A DNA stretch of 64,000 nucleotides, taken from assembly GCF_009914755.1 (NCBI RefSeq), contig NC_060937.1; one strand, given 5' to 3'. Origin of the DNA: the human T2T-CHM13v2.0 reference genome, Homo sapiens. Each line of letters opens with the position of its first letter. Position 1 is the first letter of the stretch. Both the position numbers and the translations under genes were made by a program. Below, one piece after another: positions 43,550-57,214 of the stretch. Under the pieces are notes generated by a model. It did not search any database, had not been told where the DNA came from, and saw only the letters and a list, made by a program, of their open reading frames with translations.

Positions 43550-44470
43550 TGTCCACTCAAGTCCCTAGGGCTCTACGATCAGCAGGTGGTAAAGCCAACC
43601 AGGTTTGTGTCCCTTCATTCAGAGTGGTGAGTTCCCCTTGGCCCAGGGAAGGTCCAGAAATGCAGTTTGGAGCCAGGGATTGAAGTCAAAAACCTTAGAA
43701 ATGCATTTGACGTTCTATTCTACTGTGGCTAAGCTAGCACTCAGATCATAGTACAAAGTCCTTTCCCCTCTTCCCTCTCCTTGCTATAGGAAAAGAGGCC
43801 TCTCCTTGTGGCTACCACTGCCACTAGCCCACAGGAGAGGTTCACCAGGCCACCACTGATATTCACTTAAGGCCCAAGGGCTCTTCAGCTTGTAGTGAAT
43901 GCTGCCAGAGCTGGCACTCACCCTTCAGAGCTGTGGGCTCCCCTCTGGTTGAGGGCGGGTCCAGAAATGCTGTCCAGGAGCCTAGACCTAGGCTTGGGAA
44001 CCCCAACAGCCTGTTTGGTACCCTATCCAGCTGCGGTTGAGCTGGTACTTAAAGTGCAAGACAAAGTCTCCTTTATCTTTCCCTCTGCTTTTCTCAAACA
44101 GAAGGGGCCTTTCACCATAGCCACCATAGCTGGGAATGTGCTGGGTTACATCTGAAGCCACCGCATCTCAGAGTCTCACTTAAGGCCCATGGCACACTCC
44201 CTGGGTATTGCTGATTATTCAGGGCCCAAGAGCTCTTTAGGCAGCAGGCTCCCTTTTGGTCCAGGGAGTGTTTCAAAATGTTGTTCATGAGCTAGGGCCT
44301 GGAATGGGGACCTCATGACTCTGCCCCGTGCCCTACAGTGGCTGAGCTGGAATATAACATGCAAGACAAAGTCCTCTTTACTATTTGCTCTCCTCTCCTA
44401 AAGCAGAAGGGAAGAGTCACTTTCATTTGCTGCAAGCTGCACTACCTAGAGTTGGGGGAGGGGTGGCACA
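43550..44470 (-). repeat. Three diverged monomers of about 300 bp in the L1 5' UTR
   Basis: Recurring gggctct/gagctct, aaatg and acaaagtc blocks (acaaagtc near 43753, 44061 and 44366). Confidence 0.7.
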
Positions 44471-46434
44471 AGAACTTCCTTAGCCTCCTCATCTGGTATC
44501 TCCCTAGATCACGTGCCACATGGCTAGGTCACATGCCACTAGGAGTTGCCTAGGAATCAGTGTGTCCTAGGACTGCCTTTCAAGTTTACCTAGGACCCAA
44601 GGCCACTTTGGCCCATGGTAGTGAGGCTTGCTAAGAAACTCAACTTCCAACCACTGGGATGGGTGATTTCCCTCTGGCTAGTTCTGGTCCAAATGCTCCC
44701 TCCGTGTTTGGGCACCAGCTGAGCACAGCAGGGCTCTGTTCTCCACTGTGACAGGGCAGCACTAAGTTCAATGCAAAGTGCCCCAGTCACTGCGCTTTCC
44801 CTCCCCCAAGTGCATAGACTCTCTCTCCACACCACATGGCCACTGCCAGAGGATGGGAGAGGGGTGGCATTATTGATTCAAGACTTTTCTACCCTCTTCA
44901 GTGCCTCTTTCAGCATGAAAAGTTAAAACCAGGTACTGTCATTGCTCACCTGATTTTTGGTTCTTGTGATGGTGCTTTTTTGTGTGTAGTTAGTTGTTAA
45001 AATTGAGTGCTCCTGCTGTGGGGGATGAAGAGCAAAGGCTTCTATTCAGCCATTATGCTCCACCGTCTCCTATTGGACAGATTTTTATTTTCAGTATTCA
45101 GCAGACTTTGGAAAGAAGTTCAAATTCAGAGGCAACTTTTAAGTCCCCTTCGCAAGTTTTCATTGGTGATGTTAACACAATATTATACCACCTGCATTGA
45201 TAAAGTCTTGATATTCCCTTACATTCATGTCACATGCACATTGCAGTTAGAGAGAAAGCAATACTTCCTGGGAAAAGCGAGCTGGTGTGGCTTCCTGAAA
45301 AAAGCCACCTTGATGTAGTTACCAAGGGTATGGTCTTAAATATGGAGATTGGAGAGTCAATAGTCAGTACATCCAGAGTTAATCAAGCACAGGGAAATAA
45401 CTCACACCAACCCAATTCACAAGTCTGACATTAAGGAATCCAGAATGCCAATGTATTCACTTATGATAAAAAATATAAGGCTCCATTGATGGATCTGGGC
45501 AGGCCAAGGCTCACTGGAAAGTTACCTGATGGATATAGAATTAGAAGCTTATTGCCTGAGCCAAACGGCTGCTGTGGTCAAGTCACCAGAGTACTGAGCA
45601 ATATGTGTGCTGCACAGGCCAGGTCCTTGGGCCCACAGCTCAGGACAACCAGTCTTCTGGACATAGCTAGAGATGGAAAGTCTATATTTTTCCACTGTGC
45701 CCTGCCATACTGTTGATCAATCAGCTTTAAGACTTTTTAAATTTCCTTTTGCCATAAAAATACTTTTTCCTTCAAGTTTGGCCTAGATGGAAGATATTCT
45801 GCCTTTTTTAAGATAATCATATATCTTTGCTCTGATATGTTAAATGTTTGTTTTATAGAAACACTTGGTGGATAATCTGATTTTTATGTCCAGATTATTG
45901 GGCTGCACCTCATTGTTGTCCCAGGTAACATCGGCAACAATTCTTCTTCACATCTCCTGAGCTTTTCCTACACTCTTAAACTTCTAGGCCTTTGAGCATG
46001 GTTTGGGTTGGAGTGTCACCATAATCAATAAACTCCTGTGATACTTCAGTGCACCTTTAAAAGTTCATTTCTCTGTGCATACTGGGTAGGCAGAGGCTGG
46101 TGTTCACTGTAAAAGAGCTACTTCGCCAAACTCAGTTATATTGTAGGGCTTAAGTCACTTTGCTTGGGTAGCCTTTCTCTCCGATGGAGAAAAATAGAGT
46201 AGAGCATCCTGTTTATTTTGTAAGAGACACAACATTGATACAAATTTCCAAGGAACCATTCTAGTTCCCTGGTCAAATAGTAGCTGTGGGGCCTCCTCTT
46301 GGCTAGGAGGATTTAATTACACCAAATTTTAAAAGTTGCATTTTATCAAATAAAAATGTTATGTCACTGATTATTGTAACACTTTGAGATTCAAGGAGCT
46401 ACTCCAACCCAGCCACAGTGAGCTACATTTGTAA

Positions 46435-46620
46435 TTGCGGCTGGCATTTACTGAGAGCTTTCTATGTGCAAAGAAGTGTATTAAGCATTTTGCATGCACT
46501 TTTTCATTTATTCCTCACCGTGAACTTACGATGTGGGTGGTTTTAATTATTCCCATTTTATAGTTGAGGAGACTCATGATAAGAACAAACACATGCTAAG
46601 AGGCAAAGCCAGGACGTAAA
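46435..46620. mobile_element. MIR relic
   Basis: catttactgag..ctatgtgc and attattcccattttatagttgaggagact core. Confidence 0.7.
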
Positions 46621-47086
46621 CCTACTGGTGAAATCTGAAACAGTATAGTGACAAAGGAGTCTTCCATTTCCAACAGGTTTTGTTTTTCACATGGTACTGG
46701 TCTCTATAGTATACCTAATCCTCATTGCAAAGATGGGTCTAGATGTTCTACAATTGCTAAGCATTTTGGCAAGATCTGTGCAAATAAAAGGTTAGGAAAC
46801 GTAGAAACGTAGACTGTTGATATAGAAATTGTGCCAGGCACTCCCTGGATCTGCTATGGTTCCCAATAGATGACTTTCTTAGCTGCCACAGAGCCATAAA
46901 TGAAGCGCTGGGATCTACCGTTCAATGCTTTGAGCCCTGTGAGGATAGTGTCACACAACTGGGAAGTAATAAGATTTGAACTGAAAAAGGAAAAAAGACA
47001 TAATTTTTTAAAATGTCTTATGTTTTTAGAAAACTCATAGTTTCCTCATAATTTCCAGAATATTAGATGTTTGCTGGTTGTATATA

Positions 47087-47422
47087 CAGTCATACATCAC
47101 TTGACTAGGGGTGTAGGTTCTGAGAAATGAATCATTAGGTGATTTTGTCATTGTGTGAACATTACAGAGTGTACTTACACAAGCCTAAACGATATGGCCT
47201 ACTATATACCTAGGCTATATGGCATAGCCTATTGTTCCTAGACTACAAACCTGTACAGCATGTACTGTACTGAATACCGTAGGCAATTGTACACAATGGT
47301 ATTTGCATATCTAAAGATATCTAAATATAAAAAACATACAATAAAATACAGTTATCTTATGGGACCATCACTATATATGTGGCCTGTCATTGACCAAAAC
47401 GTCATTATGCAGTGTCTGACTA
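47087..47422 (+). mobile_element. Tigger3a (MER7A) DNA transposon
   Basis: cagtcat...tgact ends flanked by TA; body matches the recalled consensus (ttctgagaaatg, cctaggctatatgg, ttatgggacca). Confidence 0.9.
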
Positions 47423-49455
47423 TATTCACATTTTAGCCCATGTAGGGCTCATGTAGCAACACAGTTGTACCCCTGAGAGCCCCAAAGAGAGAAACTTCTA
47501 CCTAACCCAATCTCATAGAGACAGCAAATTTTTTTTTCCTTCTAGAAAACAAATAGTTTCCATCATAAATGGACCATAATCCCTGGAAGTATTACCGTAT
47601 CTTCATTCACACTATTTGATGAGCCAAAGGAAGGTATTGTGTAGGCTATCACCAGCTCCCACTGGGGGACTCAGCCAGCTGTAATATCTAAACACAACTA
47701 CCGTTCACAGTGTCCTTCTGTCTATTCAAAAACATGTATCTGGCACCTACCATATGCTGGCTACTTTGCTATCAACCGTCAGTGTTTCATGTTTTACAAA
47801 TATATCCAAGCACTAAAAATCATTTGGCCAGTGTAAAAATTTTAGACCTATGTTTTAATATGTATATGACTTGTCACTTAGTCAAATGAGTGCTCTGATG
47901 TGTAATTTGAACAGGGGAAGTATGCCTTTTAGAATCAGAGGACACTCAACCTTTGAAACCAGTTGTTTTTTTCTCTCTCTTCCTTGTCTGTCCTTCCCCC
48001 AAATCTATCTTCAGGTCACCTTCTCTCATCCCCTACACACAAGCACACACTTAATCATAAACAAATCTGTAGTGTAGCTACTCACATGGCTACTTCATCA
48101 TTAAAATCTATTACTTCACAGCACCTTATGGTGATAATAGGATTTTCCCCCCTCACCCTTTGATTAATACTTGTTCAACATCTCTCACACATGCCTACCC
48201 AAGAAACTCTTTCCAGGGGAGGAAACAAAATTACACCCTCTTTAACAATGATCCAGCAGAGAAAATGAGATTGCCCAACACATTATAACTTCCATTCAGC
48301 AAAGCCACATGTTCCCTCTTGAGAAAGGATGTAAAATGAGCTGCCAGCTAAAAACTCCTAAAGAATGTCACAATTACAACTTTTCACTGGTGCTCCCAGT
48401 GACAGTACTTCTGACCTAAGACAACTGAGACACACAGATTTACTCCTAAGTCTGCTCATTAGCCTAATGAGGATGGAGTCAGGCAAAGAGTTAATTTGAC
48501 TAATTTAATCAACATGCCCTTCAATGTATCTACTGGGAGAACACCAAAGTGATGGAGACAAACACAGAAACACACAGAGGAAAGGGGATTTACTGAGCTG
48601 TACTTGTGATTAGGCAGAGTCACAGTTTGAAAACATAATGGAATCAAAGCTGGAAAGAACCTTAATGATTGCTTAAGCCAATCACATCATTTTATAAGGT
48701 CTAGGGAGGTTAAAAAATCATTATAAATATAAGATGTATTGTAAAATGAGTAATAAATGAGAAAACATTTATAAATCGTAAACTGCTACTATGTATGCAC
48801 ATTAAATTGTTTCCCCAAAACAACATAGAATTTAAACAGTAGATACATTGTTATGTATTTTCATAAAACAAATATTATACATAAGTTTCTTCTCCTCCTC
48901 CCCCCAAACCTCTGATTCTTTAGCTATGTTAACACACTTCAGTAACTCACCTGATACAGATAAATTTAAAGTTATTATTTTAAAAAATTATTCAAACTTT
49001 TTCTGCACTTGTAGACTCTAGAAAAATAAAGCATTGATGGGTGTTATTTGAGGATGAATACAAATTTTAGTTTTACCAAAATTAAGGATTTTTAGTTAAT
49101 ACTTAGTGTGAATGATTTATGTTTTTGATAAATGGTTTTCGATTTCTTAGAAATTCCACCTTAAAAAGAGTAACATAAAATATCTATTTAATATTGGCAG
49201 TACTTCTGACAGCATGCCTTGATCTTACAATTAGAGATTACGGCACAATTACCCCTCAGATTCAGTAATTCTAAGAGAGTTGATTGAGGGTTTTTCTGGA
49301 CAATGGTATGTCATTTGCATTGATTATTTCATTATATTAATTTTCTCATCACTTTTCCTTTTTTTTCATTTGAGCACTATTAAGGAAGTTTTTTTCAACT
49401 GGCTCAAGCCTAAGGGGATATAAAAGAAAATGAATGGGGTATTTCCTGTTAAAGA

Positions 49456-49612
49456 CAAGCAAGCAAGCAAGGAAGGAAGGTAGGTAGGAAGGAAGGAAGG
49501 AAGGAAGGAAGGAAGGAAGGAAGGGAGGGAGGGAGGGCAGAAGGAAGGAAGGAAGAGAAAGAAAAAGGAAGAGAGAGAGAGAAAGAAAACAAAAGAAAAA
49601 AGAGAAAAGAAA
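49456..49612. repeat. Compound purine microsatellite (AAGC/AAGG/GAGG/AG/AAAAG)n
   Basis: Read directly from the sequence. Confidence 0.95.
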
Positions 49613-52027
49613 GGCTTATGGGGATACTAAGCCTTATAGCTATAAATTGATCCTGTTATTTTTTCCTTGATGGTAGATTGTAGAATTAAAGTAGTATGGG
49701 AAAATTTATAGTTTGAGATTGAGTCTTTTAAGAAATGGATCTTTTGTAATGTCCCTTCTATTTGAATGATACTGCCAGTATTGCAACACTCAGACCAGAC
49801 AGGGCCTAATATTTCCTTTCTGTAAGTTTCCTTAAAAATAATTCTTCTCCATTTTCAATTATTAATAGAGATCTGATTATGTCTACTAGGTATAAAGTTT
49901 ATGCTCTTGCAGCAGACAAACATTAAATAAATTAACACATAAATATGAGTATAAAATACAAGTATAATAAAGGAAAAGAATGGTGTTCTATGATAGAAAA
50001 AAAAGGATAACCCAATTTGTATGTGTCATCAGGGAAGGCCTCTCTGAGAACCGCGAAGAACAGAGACAAGTTAGGTGAGAAAAGGAGAGAGAGTGGACAA
50101 AAGTAACAGTATGCAAAAGATCCTGAAGCAGGAAAGACCTTGGTGAGTTCAAGGACTATCAGTCAAGGTCAGCATAGCTGGAATAAAGGAAAACATGGCC
50201 CAGGATGAGGCTGGAGAGGTGGCCGGTGTCCATATGGGAGAAGGTTGAAGAGTGAATGGGGAACTTGATATAGAATGGTAATGGATGGAATGCAGGATCG
50301 AATTCCTCTGCCCCCTTCCAAATACCCATTACAAAATGACAGAGAGTAATTTTTTTATGAAAGGCATAAATCCCCAAGAACAAAAAGATGCAGGTGAAAC
50401 AATAGAATCCTTAGAGTTTGAAAAGCATGTCAAAAGTGGTTTTATCAAATCCGAGAAAACCACAGTGCAGAAAGCTGAGAAGTTACCCAGTTTACCAATT
50501 TACCTGGTGAAATGGGGGAAGGGAAGGCTAAAAACAAAAGGACTGGTTAAAAATGCCATTCAAGGAGCACTTAAACTGTACCGGTCAGGAAGGAAGGAAT
50601 ATAATATGGAGAATTACCACTTAATTGGAAAGACTGGAGAAGCACAAGTCAGGGAAAGCCATGGCTACTCCTGAGATTTGTCAGCTATCAGAGAGTCAGG
50701 AAGTTGCAAGAACTTCAGAAAATGTCAGAGATGACTATAGCTATCTGAAGCATCATAGCAGAGGATTTGCAAAGAAACACCCTGAGGCTGCTGGAAAATT
50801 TCATTTTTGCTGAAATCTGCAAAATTGCCTACTGCTGCTAAAGGCAATAATATAGTTTGTGCCTTTCTTATGCCTTCCAAATCTTGAGGTGTACCTCTCA
50901 TTGTCAGACTTCAATCCAGAGCATGACCAGCAAATGACTCTGGGAACACAGTTCCTGGTCTTCCAGCCCCTGAAATATGAGAGGGGATAGAAGAGGCATG
51001 ATGGCAGGGGGAACAGGGGGAGTAAAGGAGCTGTGCTGCCATCTGTCAGTCCAGCAGAGAACACTTCCTGGACCCCATTCCTCATTTGTCAGACTGGGTA
51101 ATTGCCCCTCCCTGGTGCAGGATGATGAGGTATAAAACAGATGATCTCTAAAAACCAGAACAGTAAACTCAGTTGATGGCGGGGGTTACAGATCTTAAAA
51201 CAGGGCAGTTAAGAGAAAATGAACATATTAAATGTTCGGACCTTGTAGCTCTCTTCCCCCATCAACTCCTGTAGGTGTTAGCCAGCTTTTTACCTTCCAG
51301 GCCAGATATTGGAAGAGCTTTCCCTAGAGAATCTGACCAACCCAAGAAAAAAGACCTAAGAAATACTGATATCTTTCTCCAAAAAAGACCATGTCAAATC
51401 ACTATATAGAGAAGCTCACAGTGGCAAACCAACTCATGGGTATAAATCTTTAAACAACGATTTAATGCCCCACATTAGATATAAGCCAAATATCACCAAC
51501 ATTTGAGAAAGGCAACAGATACAAATATCAGAGCCCAAAACAAACAAAACTCATGGAATACAGACATCATACGGGACAGAGGAAAAAATCAAAAAGGAAA
51601 ACTATTATTAACTATCCTCAGGGAAGAAAAGGAATATTTTGATACACAAATAGGATGCTTTTTAGGGGCTGGTGTAGGGGGGAATTAAATATGACAGCAA
51701 AACTAGAAATCTTAATAGAAACTTTAGAAAATAGTTACAAAAATATTTCAGAAATTAGAGTAAAAAGACAAGTTAAAAAATTATTTTAAGAGAATAAAAT
51801 AGAAGATGTCTTAAATAATAGAAACCATAAAAAGAAAGAAATGAGGAAATTATAAGAGGAGGAGGAGAAAGTATAGTGGAAATAATTCAAGATAATATAC
51901 CAGAAATGAAGGATATTGCACTCAACACAATAAAAAAACATGGACCCACACCAAGCTACATTAAAACACTGGGACAAAAAGAAAATCTTACAAACTTCTA
52001 AGAAAGAAACAAACCCAGCACTTATAG

Positions 52028-52261
52028 AAGAGATTGAAAACCTTTTCTGTACAAAAACAACAACAACAACAGGTTATAACTATTTTAGGCTTTTGGGGCC
52101 ATAGAGTCTGTCAGAACTACCCAGCTCTGCTCTTGTAGCATGAAAGACAACAATAGAAAACATGTAAATAAATGAGCATGGCTGTGTTCCAATAAAACTT
52201 TATTAAGAAAAATAGACATTGTGCTGCATTTGTCCTGTGGGCAGTAGTTTGCTAACCTCTG
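52028..52261 (+). mobile_element. MER58A
   Basis: gcatggctgtgttccaataaaactttatt and tagtttgctaacctctg; 8-bp TSD-like acttatag / acttacat. Confidence 0.85.
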
Positions 52262-52586
52262 ACTTACATAAAGAATCAAGAATCAGAATGGTGCCAGACT
52301 TGAAATAAACTGAAGACTAGATGACTTGTGCAACGTTGATAAAATTCTGAAGGAAACTTATCTTTATCATTCTATTCCCAGCCATATTATCAAACAAACA
52401 TGAGGGGTGACTATCTCCCTTTATCTCCCATTGGCCTTTTCTCAGGAAGCTGACCAACAGTGGTCTTCATCAAAATCAGAAAATAAAATAAAGACAAGGG
52501 ATCATAAAACTAGGAATTAGTTTCCATTTCTTGGATCTACAGACTATTTCAAAGCAAAAGACAAAGTCTATAAGTCACTCAGTATA

Positions 52587-52884
<298 letters not shown>

Positions 52885-53699
52885 CTAGGAATTAGGTTCC
52901 ATTTCTTGGATCTACAGATTATGTCGAAGCAAAATACAAAGTCTACAAGTCACTCAGTATAGAGGACAAGTGCTCTAGATTGAAGCAGATCATTCAGCTC
53001 TGGTAGAAACTGCTTTAAGAAGATAAAATTATAGCAACATCAGCAAGATGGCCACGTAGAAGCCCTTAGAGCTTCTCTTTCCAGCAAAGACAGCCAAAAC
53101 AACAAATAAACAACTAGATTTTAATGAAAATAGCAAAAGGAAAGTGCCACAGTACATCAAAGTAGTAACAGAAACTCTGATGAGCACAGAAACTCAGAAT
53201 AACCATACAGAGAGCAAAAGAAAACAACTGGGCCTCCACCATCCCATCCCCCAGATGGGAACCAGAAGGAACTTCTCCCTTCAGGAAAAAGGTAAGCAAG
53301 AGAGTCCCAGCAGCCCCATCAATACCTGGAACACCTGCAGTCCTCTCCACTGGGGTCCCCTGCAGTCCTCACAGACACTAAGCCCAGCTAAGAGAGATAC
53401 CTGGAGTCTACATAGCTGTGCTCCTTCAGAGAAGGAGCCAGCACTGTGCCCCACTCCCTGTGGCCACCTGGCTACTCTGCTATGCCATCTTGGAACTGAA
53501 ACTGCCACTGGAGTATATCCTGCTCTGGGGGCAAGTGCTCATGGCACCCCTTAATCCCTGAGGCTAAAGCCCCACTCAATGGCCCAACAATTCCAAACTG
53601 AGCTACAACCAGCTGTTACACCCATCCCTGTGTGACAAACTAGGGGTGGAGCCACTCTACCTACCTCTCTCAGAGTGCCCAGGTGCAGCCTGCCTGCTC

Positions 53700-54330
53700 A
53701 GGCCAAAGCTGAAGCTGAACACTCCTTCCTAGGGAAATGGTGCCTTGGCAGAGCTACTTCATCTACCCATCTCAGTTGCTGCTGCACCTTGCACTTGGGA
53801 AATGGTGCTAAAGCTGCCCACTCTCTCTGAAAGAAAGGATGCCTTGGCAGAACAACTCCATCTACCTCTCCCAGTTGCTGTGGCACCCTGCCCCTAGGGG
53901 GCTAAGCTGAAGCTGCACACTGCCTCCTGGAGATATGGTGCCTTGGCAGAGCTGCTTCAAATACCTCTCCTAGTCACTGCTGCACCCTGTACCCCTGTGC
54001 TGGAAATGAAACAATATCAGTCATCCTGGGATGGTGCCTTGGCTACCCAGAGCACAGAAACTCAGAATAACCACACAGAGAATGCAAGGACCTTTCTGTG
54101 CCTGAGCTGAAGCAATACTCTGCCTCCTGAGAAAGCAGCGCCTTTACTGCCCAGAGCAGTCACACCTTCCCAGTGCCTAAATTGATGCAGTGCCTTAAAT
54201 CCCAGGGAAACAGTGCCTGGGCCATTTAGAATAGTCATGCCTTCTGGGCCTGAGCTGAAGAGGCACATTTTCCCCTGGGGAGGGAGTACATGGGTCAAAC
54301 TGAGCAGCTGCACATCCAGGGCTGAGCTGA
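53700..54330 (+). repeat. Tandem monomers of about 99 bp in the L1 5' UTR
   Basis: tgccttggc at 53741, 53840, 53939 and 54035; shorter degenerate units follow. Confidence 0.85.
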
Positions 54331-55240
54331 GATAGTACTGTGTGTTCCAGGGAAACAGAAGAAGCTAAGCCAAGACACCCCACCCTACACGCCAAACAAC
54401 TCAAATATCCCGCTTCCCTGGAGTTGGACTAGTTCCCTAGAGTCTGAACTGCTGAGACACCCATCTCCCCAGAGAGTGGGCTCATCACTATGTTATTCCA
54501 TGCCACCCAGCAACCAAACAACAGGTGGGTTCCACCATTCTGGGATACTTGTACCTGGATTCACAGTCTGAAATACAGCCAAGGCCTGCCATCCCAAGGG
54601 CTAAAGGCATGACTACACAGTGTCCGTCCTCTGGAACCCGAATTGCCACTGAGCCCTATTGGCTCAGGTTCCCAAATTGCAGCTATACTCTGGTCTCTGA
54701 GCTCAAACATCCAGAGAACCCCTTCTTTCTCAGAGTTAGAACAGTCCTGTGCCCTGTCTCCCAAGGGTAGAATCACAAATGGGCCCCTGGGCCCAAGCTG
54801 CTAGGGGGTGCCTCAGAGTCACAGGTCCTGGCTGTGGGCAACCTATGTCCAACACTGCCACAGAGAGAAAAGCTATGCCCTAAGACTCTGGTGCTGCAAT
54901 ATGTGAGACTTTAAGCCTAGGACTCCAGCCCCACAGATGCTCTGGGCATATGCACCTGGAACCCACAACCACTGCAGCCACCTGTAGGACATGTCAGACT
55001 TGACATCAAGAAGGAACCATTCAGCTTATTGTAGAGAAAATGAGAATAGGAAGACCCCAGAAGCCCTTGCTCCTGAGGACCTTAACAACCTATGCCACTC
55101 TACAGCTTCCAAAATTCTACAGCCTAGGCCACTGAAGTACCTACAGTTACTGCTGATGTCAAACACAACTAAAGAAGCTGCAGGGAGACTATACCACTGT
55201 ATATATCTGGAAGCAGATTTACCACATCCTTTTCAAATAG

Positions 55241-55626
<386 letters not shown>

Positions 55627-56914
55627 GAAAAAGGCAGTTGTTCTACGAGATTCACAGGCATCAATGCAAGAACACAAAAAAATTGAAAAAGAAAAAAAAA
55701 AAAACTGACAGTACCAAAGGAACACCATAACTCTCTAGTAGCAGACCCTGATGAAAAGGAAATTTTTGAATTGCCAGAAGAGGAATTGAAAACAATAATC
55801 ATAAGGAAATTTAGTGAGATAAAAGAAAATACAGATAAACAATTCAATGAAATAAAACACTTTATGATATGAATGAGAAATTTAACAGAGATAGGTTATC
55901 ATTAAAAAGAAACAAACAGAAATCCTAAGCTGAAAAATGCAATAAATGAAACCAAAATAAAGAGCTTCAACAGCAGACTTGAACAAGCAGAAGAAAGAAT
56001 CTCTGAATATGAAGAAAGGTCATTTGAAATTATCTAGCCAGAGATTTTAAAAAAAAAGAAGAAGAATGAAAAGGAGAAAACAAGACTTATGGGACATTAT
56101 TAAGTAAACAAATATTTAAATTTTGGTAGTCACTGGAAGAGAAGAGATAGAAATAGGCATAGAAAACCCATTAAATAAAAAAGTAGCTGAAAACTTTCCA
56201 AGTCTTGGGAGAGATAAGGACATCCTGATTCAGGAAGCTCAAAGTCCCCAGATAGAGTCAACCTAATAAGGTCCTTTCTGAGGCATGTTATAGTCAAACT
56301 GTCAAAATTAAAAGACATAGAGAAGGTTCTAAAAACAGCAAAGCAAAGCATCAAGTCACATATAAGGAAATCACAACTAAACTAACAGCAGATTTCTCAG
56401 CAGAAAACTTACATATCAGGAGAAAATGAGATGATATGATCAGAGTGCTGAAAGGAAAAAAATTGTCAATCAAGAATACTATGCCAAGCAAAGCTATCCT
56501 TCAAAAATGACAAAGAGATACAGTTTTTCCCAGACAATGAAAAACTGAGAGAATTCATAACCACTAGACCAACTTTACAAGAAATGTCCAAGAGAATCCT
56601 AAATCTGGAAGCCAAAAGATAATTATCACTATCATGAAACACACAGAAGTATAAAACTCGCTGGTACAGCAGATACATAAAGGAGAAAGAGAAAAGAACA
56701 AAACCTGATAACTACAGAAAATCACCAAACTGCAACCATAAACAATAAGATACGAAGAAAGAAACAAAGAATATATAAAACAACCAGAGTAACAATTAAC
56801 AAATTGACAGAAGTAGACCCTCACCTGTCACTAACACCCTTTAATGTAAATTGATTAAATTCCCCACTTAAAAGATATAGACTGGCAAAATTGATATTTT
56901 AAAACATACTTTTT

Positions 56915-57214
56915 GGCTGGGCATGGTGACTCATGCCGGTAATTCCAGCACTTCAGGAGGCTGAGGTGGGCAGGTTACTTGAGCTTGGGCATTCAAGACC
57001 ACCCTGGGCAATATGGTGAAACCCTGTCTTTACAAAAAATACAAAAATTAGCCAGTCATAATGGCATGCACCTGTGGTCCCAGCTACTTGGGAGACTGAG
57101 GTGGGAGGATCACTTGAGCCCTAGAGGTGGAGGTTGCAGTAAGTGGAGATTGTGCCACTGCACTCCAGCCTGGGTGACAGAGTGAAAGCCTGTTTCAAAA
57201 AAAAAAAAAAAAAA
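56915..57214 (+). mobile_element. AluJb-like
   Basis: gggaggatcacttgagccc J-type right arm and poly(A) tail. Confidence 0.93.

Noticed and set aside
50285-50674. 129-aa K/E-rich ORF
   Set aside because: It lies in an A-rich ancient LINE 5' relic, has no recognisable domain and is consistent with chance.
53700-54330. Regularly spaced repeats superficially like a CRISPR array
   Set aside because: Whole units are homologous with no unique spacers; they are L1 5' UTR monomers in eukaryotic DNA with no cas genes.
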